A stretch of 64,000 nucleotides of DNA from NCBI RefSeq assembly GCF_009914755.1, contig NC_060948.1. One strand, written 5' to 3'. Position 1 is the first letter of the stretch. Every line of letters starts with the position of its first letter. This DNA comes from the human T2T-CHM13v2.0 reference genome, Homo sapiens. The translations under genes and the position numbers were made by a program. Below are positions 11,145 through 25,400 of this stretch, piece after piece. The notes beneath the pieces are model-generated. The model made no database searches. It was not told the origin of the DNA and saw only the letters and a list, made by a program, of their open reading frames with translations.

Positions 11145-13085
11145 AAACACTATATATATATAACACTATATATATAATACTATATATATATTAAAAAACA
11201 CTATAACAGAAACTCAGTAGTCATAGTGAAATCAAAAAATAATCACAGTCAATTTGATCTCATACCTAGACTGAAATATGAAACTTCAAAAGAAAAGAAT
11301 GTTAAGAACTTTGGGCTTGTCAAAATTTTCCTACATAGATAAAATTATTGGTGACTTTAACTCACTAGAAAACATAAACAAAAATCGATGTTTTGTATAT
11401 GTGTAAATGAAAATATTTTTATTTCTATTAGTTATGACATGCAAACAAGTAATAAAGTGAAAGTACAATAATAAATAATAAAATTATATAAGGAAATTTA
11501 TGTGTCAAAAAATTCCATTGAGACTATCAATTTTATAAAACTGTAGAGAATGCTTCATGAAACTACATTATACATTACTTTTTAGTATTTCACTTACATT
11601 TTAAATAATCAACAAATTAAAGGAAATTCTGAATCATTATTTCTTACCAATATCATTATTCTACTCAAGACATTCTTCTGATATTAAATATTTTAAATAA
11701 AACATTAAAAACAAATTGTATTCACTGATATCAGCTTTTGATGAAATAATACTTCTGTATTTGTAATCATGTTAAATATATCTTTCTCCTCACAATGGAT
11801 CTTTTGTAGCACCAGTGTTGTTATTTTCTCTGATACAAACCCTGTGACATCTCAGGGCGTTACTGTCTCCACACATTACATACCTCCAGAGAGTAGGCTC
11901 CAAACAGATGGAAAAATTATATCTGTGACAAAATTCTAGGAAAGGGAATGATAAAACAGGAGAATAATTTCTAAATTTCTAACTGTTCATCAATGGATTT
12001 GGATATATTTATATATAGACAAATATTTGCACACTGCAAGTTTGCACATGTGCACATAAATTTATAAGAGACACCCATAATGTGTGGGTTGTGTAATCTT
12101 TCAATTAATTCTCAATTTTACATGTGGGAAACTTGATAAGACTTTACCTTCATCAAATACTCAGTTTGAAGTACTATACTCAATTTGATGTAAAGCCAAC
12201 AAAATCTCTGTCAACATTTATTTCAGTTAATCCAATAATATTAACTGCTGATAACTTTATTCTCCTTGTCCCCTGTTAACAGCTGAAAGTTGATTCTCAC
12301 CCTAATTCAGCACTCAGGGTGTCATCCTCAAGAGACTATCACCTTGGTTTGGACTGTGACCTCTGACTCCACCACTTTCATCCTATAGCAGTCCTACCTT
12401 TGTGTAATTAATGAACTTTGTACATGGTTAAAAAAATAAAAATGCAGTGAAATGTCAGGCCATGCTGTGAAATGTTCCAGCGTTTCTATATCTCAAATTG
12501 ACCTTTCATGTTATAGAAGATAAGAAAAACAATTCATTTCTTAGTATTCAGTCCAATGCACCCTTTCTTATTAATATGCCAAACCTGTCCCTTCAAAGCA
12601 CTGACATTCAAGCACAGATAGATGTATCAAAATTTATTCTCAACAATAACCATTATGTTAATAACTGTTGCCCAGATCTGGACCCTGCCTGTGAAATCTT
12701 TGGTTGGAAATTGCTACAATCGCTCAAACTAGGGGAATTACTATTTTTTTGGCATAATTACTGCTATCATCTTACTGAAAAATATCATATTAGATGGCAG
12801 CTTTTAGTTAGATAAATCCTGTTGATTAATTTTTAATATCTATCATTTATGATATTGTACAAGTAAAGATCTTTGATAAGTTAAGTGGTTAGCTGAGAAA
12901 CGAGTAAAATAACTCACAGCAATTCAAACATTCATTTACTTACTTGAAGTGACATACATCATTAACTTCTGCTGAAAGCAAAGTTGGGAAATTGCAAGTG
13001 CTAAATTGCTTACTAAAGCATGTATTTCAGGGTATTTTATAAAACTATCCATGCCATGTATGATGCTTCACCAGCCAGGATAAAG

Positions 13086-13102
13086 CTTTAGCATATATAT
13101 AT

Positions 13103-13158
<56 letters not shown>

Positions 13159-13406
13159 TATACACACATTTAGCATATATATATATGTGTACACACACAC
13201 ATATATGTACACACACACATGTATATGTACACACATATATATGCTAAAGACTGTATATCTATAAAGTCTTTATGTATGTATAAAGACTGCATATACACAT
13301 AAAGACTTTATATATATATAAAGACTATATATATATAAAGCATAAAGACTTTATATATATATAAAAACTATATATATAAAGACTATATATATATATATAA
13401 AGTCTT
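13086..13406. repeat. (TA)n/(CA)n/(TG)n low-complexity block with an aaagact(TA)n minisatellite
   Basis: Long TA run at about 13112-13156; repeated aaagact..tatatata units at 13246-13406. Confidence 0.9.
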
Positions 13407-13677
13407 TGGTTTTTAATGCATCTCTACATTTGTTTTCACAGCCTCAGCAAAAAAAAAAAAACACCCATGTACTTGACTTTCAGCTCAGTTGACTACAAGT
13501 TATTAGGGTTTAAGTAAACAGAATAAAGATTTCAAAATTTGGTGACCAAATATAAGAAATCACATTCTCACCATAAGTAATAATTATTATGAAGTGCCAC
13601 TGCAAATGTAAAGTTGAAAGAAGAAATTAAGTCTAATATATTGCAATATTCTAAACTCTAAAATTTCCTCTTTGAAG

Positions 13678-13960
13678 TCTGGTGGTTCACACCTGGAATC
13701 ACAACTCTCTGGAAGGCGGAGAAGGGAGGATTGCTTCAAACCCAGAGTTTGACATCAGCACAGGCTACACAGCAAAAACTATATCTAAAGTGTAACTACT
13801 TATTTAATTGGTTAAATTGGGCATGATGGCCTAATCTATTTACTCAGGAGTTCACAGTTGTAGTTAGCAGTGATCACACACTGCACTTCAGCCTGGGCCT
13901 TGAGGCAAGACTTTGTCTCTACAAAATAATTCAATATAAAAAGCAAAATAAATTAAAATA
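13678..13960 (+). mobile_element. Highly degenerate Alu (J-type)
   Basis: ggtggttcacacctggaatcacaac..ggaggattgcttcaaacccagagttt..cactgcacttcagcctgggc..gcaagactttgtctct followed by an A-rich tail. Confidence 0.7.
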
Positions 13961-15104
13961 GAAACACTTTCAGGTGTTTTTTGAAAGTTTGTATAATTGC
14001 TCTAAAATCCTAGACATTGTTTAAAGTTGAGCAGTTCATGGGGGATTGGGTAGTGAACATTGTTTATTTTGTTTTCCAAAAATTAAGATAAATATTTATA
14101 TAAATATCTAATAACCTTTTATACAATAAATATTGAGAAATGTCAAGCCATTGTGTTCATAGATTTTCCTTCAAAATATTAATTTAAGAATGAAGAGAAG
14201 AGCAATAATTGGAATGTACTCTGACCAGTGTTACAATATATGCAATATAGTAACTTAGTTGGAGAGGAAGAAAGTTCTTAACTGGGTTTACAGGGGTGTG
14301 GGGAACCTTCTTAGAACAGGAACAACTGACAGCATCTGTAAGGACACAAATTTTCAAGAAGAATGTTTGGGAGAAAAGCATTGTAGAAAAAAAGAAACAT
14401 TCTTTCTATCAATGATAGAAGTACAACAGTGTATATGATGCCATCTGCCGAATGCTTAGACCATTCTAGCTCAATAAATATTTCCTGAAAGAATCCATGA
14501 ATGGAAGATATTGGGAAAAGGATTCCAGAAGGGATTTTCAAAATCCTATAAAGGAAAGGTAAATAGCCTGGACTTTACCATTTTTGCCTGCTTTTCTTTA
14601 TGTTCTTTTTATGTTTACTACCTCATAAGCTGTTTTACTTTTTGGTCTTTTCACAAATATCAAGCATGAATCATTCCTGAGAGTAATTCTCTCTTCATCC
14701 CTTGATACTGTATTTGTCTTTGATACTCCTTTGTGTGAGGCCCTGGGTTTGCATGCCCACAGCTACATCACTCACGTCTCCCTGGCACTGTTCTGTAATA
14801 GAGAGGCCTGGCCTCTGGGAGGTAGGGATCCTAGGCTCCCATAAAAATTACTTCCTCTTTCAGTTCAGTCAAGGGGTGACACTGCAGAGATAAGAGAACA
14901 AGAAGATGAGAGAAGCCAGTTTGTTTCCTTTTCCTTCTCAGTAAGAGATATGTTTCTGCAGTGATTCCATGCCTGCCGGACATGCTATCTGTGTTTCCAT
15001 TTTGCATTCAGCGAGCCTAATCCTAGACTGGCTCTTCTAATGCCATTTTCTCCAATTGTCTTCTCTAAAGGTGCTATTTTGGAGTTTTAAATTTTAAAAT
15101 ATAA

Positions 15105-15881
15105 TGATATGGAAGGAGGGCAGGGAAGTGCCTGGTAGAGGAGGGTGTGGTTCTTGGCTAGGGATCCACCATCACGCCTGTGCTCACTGACCTAGGTGAG
15201 GACACACACTTCTATTTTCTTGCCCCAGTTGGTGAGGACATGTGTTTCTGTTTTTTTGCCCAAGTGCTGCATTTTCCAAGACCACCCTGGCCTGCCATAC
15301 CCCCATCCTGTGCTATAAGAAACCCTGAGACACTAGCAGGCAGATACACAGCAGCTGGACATCGAGAGGAACCATTAGCACAAGAAGACACAGCAACTGG
15401 ACCTCGAGAGGACACCAGAGCAAGGAGAACACAACGACTGAGGCAGCAGGCCACTCACCACAGAACACAAGGTTTCATGGGGATGTGGGAGGACAGCTCT
15501 GAGCTGTCCCATTCCAAGGGAAAACCACGTTCCCACTCCATCTCCATTCTGGCTCCCCATCCATATGCTGAGCACTTCCAATCAATGAAACCTTGCACTT
15601 ATTCTCCAAGCCCATGTGTGAGCCAATTTTTCAGGTACAGCAAAGCAGATAAGCTCAGGATGTGGAAAGCCCTCTGTCCTTGCAGTAAGGCAGGGTGTCT
15701 AATTGAATTAACACTAGTAGCCTACAGATGGATAAACTAAATTAGCACCGTGTAACACATGCCCGCTAGGGATTCAAGAAGTGTAAGCATTCACCCATAG
15801 ATGGTACCTGGGGTCAGAACCCCAGATCCCATCCTTATTGATCTCCCAGCTGCAGGTAATAAGGGATGTTTTCCCATTCCA
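15105..15881 (+). mobile_element. Solo LTR, ERV1 MER4 group (LTR27/LTR28/MER50-like)
   Basis: TG..CA termini (tgatatggaaggagggcagggaagtg ... ttttcccattcca); internal repeats ggtgaggaca x2 and cagc(a)actggac..cgagagga x2. Exact subfamily not determined. Confidence 0.75.
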
Positions 15882-18800
15882 ATATGAATCTGTTTCCAAT
15901 GCAGTGTATTCTGCAATACTGCGGTGTTACCTTATTGCATATGTTTGACAAAATAATTTACAAACTATAACTAATCTGAGAAGAAAACAAATGGTGGAGA
16001 ATAAGGAAGAAAAATGAAACATTATGTTTCACAATGAATGTTAACAATTATAGGTATGATTAATCAATACATGAGACCAGCCAAGCAGGTGCTTTATGTC
16101 ATGAGGGAGCACTACTCCATCATCTTGGGCTTTCATTCTGGGACAGAGAGTGTGAGCAGCTATAAGGTCAGATAGAGAAGAGGACACAATCTGGTGAGGT
16201 GTGGATTGTGTCCCGCAAGTGCACCTGCAAAAAAGGTGAAGACAGATGACACAGAAGTTCCTTGCAACTGCATTACCACATCCTCTTAATTGCACAAGCC
16301 ATGCACACCAGGGCCCGGTGTTCAAGTGGGAGTTCTCCAACATGCCATGAACATGTAGAGTACAAACTGGGGCTGTGCACTTAGAGGGCTTTCAAACACC
16401 GGGCCAAATGGGAGTGGGATGGATTGATGCTGGGTGGGATGTGGCCTCCACAGTTGCTCTTTTTTTTTCTGACTTCGATCTTCCTCATTGAATTAGGGTT
16501 TCCTTGGTCTGGCTCATTGTCTTCCATACTAAACATCTCCCAGTTCACAAAGGATGACCCTCATAGGAATCCATTGTGTGATTGTTTTCTTCTAAACACT
16601 GTCACATTTTAATGACTTGGCAGCTTTAATATTTTTAAAACTGTAAATTCCTTTAGAGCTGCCAACAGGGAAACTCTTGTTTTCCCACTTCTATCGGAGG
16701 GTGGCTTGATTCATATGGAATGAGAAGCAGGCAACTGTGTCTAATATTTGCCTGGTAATCTTGGCTCTGTTTCGTTTCATCTGCACGTCTTTTCATATTG
16801 TCACGGGTCTCTTTCAATGGGCTGTTGCTGGATGGGACTCCCTCTCACTGCAGGTCTTTTGACTGCAAGGAATTTCAGACAGCAAAGAAGACTTCAGAGA
16901 GACTGGCTGAGCTCCAGGTTGTGGGTCATGGTTGCATTGTTGGGGGTGAAGATTTTTGCAGTTTGCAGGAGGATTTTGAGTCCTCTGACAAGAATCATTG
17001 AACATTGCTTTGACTCCAGCATTTTGCAGCTTGTTCTCTCAGGTAAGCATTGATTTTTCTTGGCTTTCCTAGGGATTCCACATTGCCCATCAACTGAACT
17101 ACTGGACACCATTTTCAGGTTTGCAATTGCCACAGATGGCCTCTGAGACACTGTCACAACTTCATCTGCCTATAGGCAAGGCCAGTTCGAGGTGAGAGAA
17201 CACTGCTCCACCTTGAAATTGCCTTTGTAGTGGTTCTTGCCTTTCCCAGAGAGCCCCTGCAAGGCCCAGGATGAAGGGAGGCAGTGAGGTCAAGAGCCCA
17301 GCCATCTTTTGCAGACACCTGCCTCTGGGGTCTCAGGTGTGATTCCATCACATAAAGAACCCTCAACAACTCACTGGCCCCTGTCCCAATCCCCATGGGA
17401 CCTGGTTCTTGCACATGGTCTCTTTCAGGAATGGAGTCAGAACAACAGTTTCCAGTGACCACCTCATAGCTTCTAAATACCTCCTCTTCCACCAGAACTC
17501 CACCACCAAGACGACACGATGGGGCAATAAGTTTGAGACTTTTAGGGTCATGCAGGCAACCTTTTTCTCAATACCAGGACGGCTCTGCCTGTACCATTTT
17601 CCTCTGCTTAGGCAGCTGATGGCTCTGACAGGCAGGCACCTGATCCTGTCTCATGAATGTGCATGAGCTAGTCTTAAAGCACCAGGCCTGAGCAGTGAGC
17701 TCTGGCTAGTGTCACAATAAATGGAACCATTGCCTAGCGACAAGTCCCTGCACCTTTGTGGAGAATGAGACCTCTGTGGAGGTGTGTCAGTGGTGGACTC
17801 TTGCCTGTCTTTTCTGTGGGATACACAGGACAGTGCCATGATTCTAGTAGATGGTAGATGTGAGCCAGCCCGAAGGAACATCAAGGAGAGTTCCAGGAAT
17901 GAACCGTGAAATCCCTAAGGATCCAAAAGGATATGCAGGTTGCCTCCAGCCTGGTTACATGTTTCAGGGGTTACTCTTTTTAAAACTTGTCTCAAAATGA
18001 TTACTACATATAGCCCACCTGTGTTCCCTAGGGTAGCTGTTTCCCAGATGTGTCTGCCTGCAGAACCATGCAGCCTCAGAAGCTGGCTTGCTGTTTCTGT
18101 GGGAGTGCTGCTAGTAGTGGATGTCTGCTTGTGTGTGTGGCTTTGTGTATTTGTGGGTGTGTGTGTGGGAGTGTGTGCCTGTTAGTGGAGTCTGCTTAAA
18201 ATAATGTGGGCAATGCATTGCAGCACTTCTTCTTCCTTTTTTTTTTTTTTTGAGTAACCTAACATTTGTTTGCCTGTGTGTGTGGTTCTGCTTGGGATGC
18301 AAGGCTCCGTGTTCTTTATTTTTCTGTGGATCATGAATCTGTAGTGAATTAGGAGTCTGACCAAGATGAGCCAGAGTCCAAATCACCTCCCCCTGAAAAA
18401 AATTTACTTTTCCAGAAAGAAGAGCAGCACGTCATACCCAAGACCAACATCTCTCAGTGTTTCACGCTAACCCAAGGAGAGACACTAGCAGTCTTCTCTG
18501 CAGGACCCCTTGAATTTACATTGAATTCCATCCCCAGCCGAGCAGGTGCTTAAAGTCAACAGGGGACACTCCATTTTCTTGGAATTTCATTCTGGCAAAG
18601 AGGGTGTGAGCAGCAATAAGGTAAGAGAGGGGTTAGGACACTGTCTGGTGAGGGGTGTATGGGGTCCAGCACCTTCAACTGCAAAAAAGGTGAAGACAGA
18701 TGAAACAGAAGTTGCTTCAAACTCCATCGCTGCATTCCCTTAATTGCATCAGCAGCGCACACCATGGCCCCATGTTCATCTGGGAGTACTCCAACATGAA

Positions 18801-21800
18801 AGGAACATTTGGAGTGCAAACTGGGGCCATCTGGGCAAACCCCAGATTCATTATGATAGCCGAATGGGAGTGGGATGGATTGATGCTGGGTGGGATGTGG
18901 CCTCCACACTTGCCTCTTCTTTTCCTGACTTCCATGTTCCCCATCTGCCTAGGGTTTCCTGGGTCTGGCTAAATGTCTTGCACACTAAATGTTTCCTAGT
19001 TCACAGAGGATGACACTCATGGGAATCCGTTGCACGAATGTTTCCTTACAAACACTGTCACATTTTAATGACTGGGCTGCTTTGATATATGTAAAACCAT
19101 AAATTCCCATTACAGTTGTGGGAAAAGAAACTGTTGCTCTCCAACTTTTATCAGAGGACAGTGTATTCCTGGAGCATGAGAAGGAGGCCGGTGTGTCTGG
19201 CTTTTGCTTGGTAATCTAGGATGTGTTTCATTGTATCTGCATATCCTTTCTCATTGTGGAGAGACAATTTCATTGGGCTATTGCCAGATGTGACTACCTC
19301 TCTCCACAAATTATTTAGCTGTCAGGGATTTCAAAGTGCAAAAGGGACTTTGGGTAGGCTGGTTGCACTCCAGGTTGTGGGTGATTGCATCATTGTGCGG
19401 GCTGAGGTTGTTTGCACTTTGCAAGATTTGAGTCCTCTGACAAGAATCATTGAACATTGCTTATACTCCAGCAAAAGGCACTCATTTTCTCAGGTGAGCC
19501 TTGATTGTTCTTTGCTTTCTTGGGGAATCCACAGTGCCCCTCATCAGCACTACTGGACACCCTTTTCAGGCTTGCCATCACCACAGAGGGCCTCTAAGAC
19601 ACTGTCTCAACCTTATCTGCACCCGTGAGAGGCCAGTCTGAGGTGTGGGAATACTGTAATACCTTAGTCTTAACTTTGTCTTGGATTCTGCCTTTCCCAG
19701 AAAGCCCCAGTGAGGTCAAGATAAAGGGAAGCAGTGAGGTCAAGAGCTTGGCTATCTTTCACTGACACCTGGCTCTGTGGTCTCAGGTTTCAGGTATAAA
19801 TCTATCACCCAAAAATTCTAAACAACCTACCAGGCTATATTCCAATCCCCATGGGATCTGACTCTTGCACACAGTTTCTTTCTGGAATGGAGCCAGAAGA
19901 GCAGTTTCCAATGATCACCTCGCAGTCTCAAAATGCCTCTTCCTCCAGCGAGACCCAACCACGGAGACAGCCCAAAGGGGGCCTGAGGTGAAGACTTTTA
20001 TGGTCTGATAGTGAGTTTTCTGAGGCAGCATTTTCCCCAGTACTAGGCTGGCTCTGCTCCAGGAATAAACCGTGAAATCCTTAATGATCAAAAAGATCTG
20101 CAAGTCTCCTCAGGTCTGCCTAGATGTTGTGGGGGTGAGTAGTTTTGAAACTTGCCCCACTGTGATTTCTAGGTACACCCTGACTGTATTCTCTGGTGTT
20201 GCTCTCTCCTAGGTGGGTCTTCCTGAAGAACCAACCAAACTCAGGAGCTACCAGGCTGCTTGTTTCTGTGAAAATGTTGTGAGTGTTGGATGTCTGCATG
20301 TGTGTGTGCCATTGTGTGCTTAGGGGTGTGTGTGTGTGTGTGTGTGAGTGTGTGTGTGTTTGCCTTTAACTGGAGTCTGCTTAAAGGACTGTGGATAATG
20401 CACTTCAGTGCTTCTTTTTTTGAGTCTTCCAAACTTCTGGTTGCCCCTTGAATTTACCTCAAATTCATTTCATTGCTGAGCAGGTGCTTCACATCATGAA
20501 GGGATATTTTTCCATCATCTTGGGATTTCATTCTGGGACATAGAGTATGAGCCACAATAAGGTCAGAGAGGAGTGAGGATACAATCTTGTGAGGGGTGAA
20601 CTGGGTCCAGCAACTTTGCCTGCAAAAATAAATAAATTAATTAATTAATTAATAAATGAAGACAGATGACATAGCAGGTGCTTCCAACTCCATCCCAGCA
20701 TTCCCTTAATTGCACAAGCAGTCCACACCATGGCCCAGTGTTCAGGTGGGAGTACTTCATTATGTAAGCAACATTTGGAATGAAAATTGGGGCCCTCCTG
20801 GCAAACTCTTGATTTGAGGTTTTTCATACCCAGAGGCAAATCGGAGTGGAATTGATTGATGCTGGGTGGCATGTGGCATCTACACTTGCCTCTTCTTTTT
20901 CTGACTTCCATATTCCACATTGGCCTAGGGCTTCCTTGGTCTGGCTCAACAACTTCCACACTAAATGTTTCTCAGTTCCCAAAGTGTGACCCTCATGGGA
21001 ATGCATTGCCTGAGTGTTTTCTTCTAAAAACTGTCACATTTTAATGACTAGGCAAGTTTGATACTTTTAAAATTGTAAATTCCCATTACAGCTGCCAACA
21101 AGAAACCTCTTGATCTTTCACTTCTATTGGAGGGCTGCATGATTCCCATAGGATGAGAAGCTGACACCCAAGTCTGGCTTTTGCCTGGGAATCTAGCCTC
21201 AGTTTCATTTCAACTGCATGACCTTCTCATTGTGGAGGAGCTCTATCACTGGGCTGTTGCTGGAAGGGATGGCCTCTCACAACAGATTATTTTGCTGCCA
21301 GAAATTTCAGAAAGCAAAAGGGACTTTGGGTAGGCTGGATGTGCTCCAGGTTGTGGGTCATTGTCTTGTTATGGGGACTGAGGTTTTTTTGCACTTTGCA
21401 GGAGGCTTCTGGGTCCTCTAACAGGAATCATTGAACATTGCTTGGACTCCAGCTCAAAGCAGCTATTTTTCTGAGTCAAGCCTTAGTTTTTCTGTTTTCA
21501 TGGGGAATCCACAGTGCCCCTCAAAAGCACTACTGGACACATTCTTCAGTCTTGCCATCACCACAGATGGCCTCTGAGACACTGTCTCAACCTCATCTGC
21601 ACACGTGAGAGGCCAGTCCCAGGTGTGAGAATGCTGCTTCCCCTTGGACTTACCTTTGCCGTGGTTTCTGTCTGTCTCAGAGAGCCCCTGTGAGGCACAG
21701 GATGAAGGGACTCAGTGAGGTCTAGAGTCTGCTCCCCAGGTTGTGGGTAATTGTCTCATTGCGGGAGCTGAGGTTGTATGCACTTCAGAAGGGGCTTTTG

Positions 21801-22347
21801 GGTCCTCTGAAAAGGATCATTGAACAATGCTTCAACTCCAGCACAATGTACTGGACACCTTTTTCAGGCTTGCTATCACCACAGTTGGCCTCTGAGACAC
21901 TATCTCAACCTCATCTGCAACCATGTGAGGCCAGTCAGAGGTGTGAGGACACTGCATCACCTTGGACTTGCCTTTGTAACTCCTGCCTTTCCCCGAGAGC
22001 CCCTGCAAGGCCCAGGATGAAGGGAGAGGGGGAGGTCAAGAGCCTGGCCATCTTTCACTGACACCAATGTCTGGGGTCTCAGGCATGATTCTGTCACCCA
22101 ACAAACCCTCAACAACACACCAGACAATATTCCAGACCCGTGGGACCCAATTCTTGCACACAGCCTCTTTCTGAAATGGAGGCAGAAGATAAGTTTCTGG
22201 CGATGACCTCACAGTCTTGAAACACCTCTTCCTCCAGTGGGACCTGACCACGGAGATGCCCCAAAGAGGCCTTGAGGTTGAGACTTTTATGATCCCAAAG
22301 TGGGTTTTCATAGGCAGCCTTTTTCTCAATACCAGGCTGGCTCTGCC

Positions 22348-22498
22348 TGTACCATTTTCCTCTGCTTAAGCCCATTGACAGCTCTGAAAGCCGGGCATCT
22401 GGGCCTGCCTGACAATGTGCATACCCTAGTCTAAAAGCACCAGGCCTGATTGTGAGCTCTGGCTAGCCTCACAGTGAATGCCACCGTTGCCTAGCAAC
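22348..22498. promoter_or_regulatory. Exemplar of the per-unit promoter-like cassette, with intact RFX X-box GTTGCCTAGCAAC (22486-22498) overlapping MYB-type CCGTTG (22484-22489)
   Basis: Motifs read directly. Homologous positions in other units show CpG-decay variants. Activity is not demonstrated. Confidence 0.5.
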
Positions 22499-25400
22499 AA
22501 GTCCCTGTGGCTTGGCAGATAAAGGGACCTCCGTGGATGTGTGTCTTCGGTGGACTGTCCCATGTCTTCCCTGTGGAATCGACAGGATAGTCCCATGATC
22601 CAAGGAGAGGGCAGATATGAGCCAGCCTGAAATAATATCAAGCAGAGCCCCAGAAATAAACTGCAAATCCCTGAGGATCCAAAATAATCTGCAGGATTCC
22701 TTAGGCCTGCCTAGATGTTGTAGGGGGTGAGTCTTTTTCAAACTGGCCCCACTGTGATTTCTAGGTATAGCCTGCCTTTGTTCCCTGGGGTTGCTCTCTC
22801 CCAGGTGGGGCTTCCCGCAAAACCACACAACCGCAGGAGCTGCTGGGCTGTGTGTTTCTGAGGGAATGTTGTGAGTGCTTGATTTCTGCATGTGTGTGTG
22901 TGTGTGCCTGTAAGTGGAGTGGAGCCTGCTTAAAGGAATGTGGCTAATGCACTTCAGTGATTTTTTTTTTTTTTGAGCCTCACCACTTTTGATGGCCTGT
23001 CTGGATGTCTCTTCTTTGGCTGTGGGGCTCTGTGTTCTTTATTCTTCCATATATCATGAATCCTCAGTGAATTGGGAGGTGGGCTGGGATGCGGTGGTGT
23101 CCGAATCACCCCCACCCATGCAAAAAAAGCCACTCTTCTTGATAGAAGAGGGGCACATGAAATCAAAAAAGCAGGCATCTCCTAGAGTTTGATTGTACTG
23201 TGGCCAAACTAGGGAGAGACACTAGCAATCTTGTCCAAAGGGCCCCTTGAATTTACCTCAAATTGGTTCTCTGCTGAGCAGATGCTTCACATCGTGAGAG
23301 GGCAGTTCTCCATCATCTTGTGATTTCATCTTGGGACACAGAGTGTGAGTAGAAATAGGGTCAGATGGGAAAGGATATAATCTGCTGAGGGGTGGATGGT
23401 GTCCTTCAACTTCACCTGCAAAAATACAAAATGAAGACAGATGACAGAGAAGGTGCTTCCAAATATATTCCAGCATTCCCTTAATTGCACAAGCAGTCCA
23501 CACCATTGCCTGGTGCTCTGGTAAGAGTATTTTCAATGGGCAAGAAATATTTGGAGTGCCAACTGGGGTCACACTGGCAAACTCCTGTTTTGAGGGTTTT
23601 CATACCCGGAGCTAAATGGGAGTGGAAAGGATTGATAATGGGTAAGATGTGGCCTCCACACTTGCCTCTCCTTTTTTGATTTTATGTTCCTTATCAGCCT
23701 AGGGGTTCCTGGGTATGGCTCAATGACTTCCATACTAAATGTTTCTCTGTTCATGGAAAATGATCCTCATGGGAATCCATTGCATGAGTGTTTCCTTCTA
23801 AACACTCTCAGGTTTGAATAACTGTGCAGCTTTAATACTTTTAGAACCATAAATTCCCATTACAGCCACCAAGAAGGAAAGTCTTGTCCCACTTCTATCA
23901 GAAAGCCACATGATTTCTGTAGGATGAGAAGCAGGCAGCCATGTCTGGATTTGCCTGGTAATAGAGCCTCAGTTTCATTTCTTTTGCATGGCATTCTCAT
24001 TGTAGAGGTACTCTTTGTTGGGATGATGCTGGATGGGACTGCCTTACACAGATTATTTAGCTGCCAAGGATTTCACACAGCAAAAGGGACTTTAGGAAAA
24101 ATCGCTGTGCTCCAGGTTGTGCATAATTGTCTCTTCATGGGGGCTGAGGTTGCTTGCACTTTGCAGGAGGCTTTTGGGTCCTCTGGCAGGAATTATTGAA
24201 CATTGCTTAAATTTCAGCATGAGGCAGCACATTCTCTCATGTGAGCCAATTTTTTTTTTTTTTTTTGGTTTATTGGGTGAATCCACAGTGCCCTTCAACA
24301 GTGCTACTGGACACCCTTTTCAGGCTTGCCATCACCACACATCGTTTCTGAGATACTGACTCAACCTCATCTGCACCCAATAGTGGAAAGTCTGAGGTGC
24401 AAGAACACTCCTCAATCATACACTTGACTTTGTTGTGGTTCCGGTCTGTCCCAGAGAGCCCTTGCGAGGCCCAAAATAAAGGTAGGCAGTGAGATCTAGA
24501 GTCCAGCCATCTTCAACTGGAACCCATCTCTGGGGTCTCAGGTGTGATTCTGTCACCCAAAGAACACTAATCAACACACCAGACTACATTCCAATACCCA
24601 GGAAATCAGATTCTTTCACCAAAAAGCAGATATCTCCCGGTGTTTCATTTTCCTGTGGCCAAATCAGGGAGACACACTAGCAGTCTTGTCCTCAGGTCTC
24701 CATGAATTTACCTCAAATTCAATTCCCAGCTGAGCAGGTGCTTCACATCATGAGGGGTTACTCCTCTATTTTCTTGGGATTTCATCCTGGGACATAGAGT
24801 GTGAGCCGCAATGAGGTCAGATAGGTGTGAGGATACAATCTGGTGAGCGGTGGATAGGGTCCCACAACCTCACCTGCAGAAAAATGAAGACAAATGAAAC
24901 AGAAGGTGCTTCAAACTCCATCACTGTATGTTCAGATGGGAGTACTTCACAGTGCAAGGAACATTTGGGGTGCAAATTGGGGCAACCCTGGCAAACTCCA
25001 GATTTGAAAGCTTTCATACCCGGAGCCAAATGGGAGTGGACTGGATTGATGCTGGGTATGATATGGCCTCCAGACTTCCCTCTTAGTTTCCTGATTTTCA
25101 TGTTCCTCATCAGGCTAGGGTTTCCTGGGTATGGCTCAATGACTTCCACACTAAACGTTACCCAGTTCATGGAGAACGACCATCATGGGAATCCACTGTG
25201 TGATTGTTTCCTTCTAAACATTGTCATATTTTAATGACTGGGAAGCTTTAATACTTTTAAGACAGTAAATTCTTGTTACAGCCACCAATAAGAAAACACT
25301 TGTTCTCCCACTTCTATTGGAGGGCTGCATGATTATTGTAGGATGAGAAGCAGGCAGCCATGTATGGGTTTTTGCCTGGCAATCTAGCCTCTGTTTCATT

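Noticed and set aside
15180-15740. 186-aa ORF, the longest in the track
   Set aside because: It lies entirely inside a solo LTR, starts at a non-ATG codon and has no recognisable domain.
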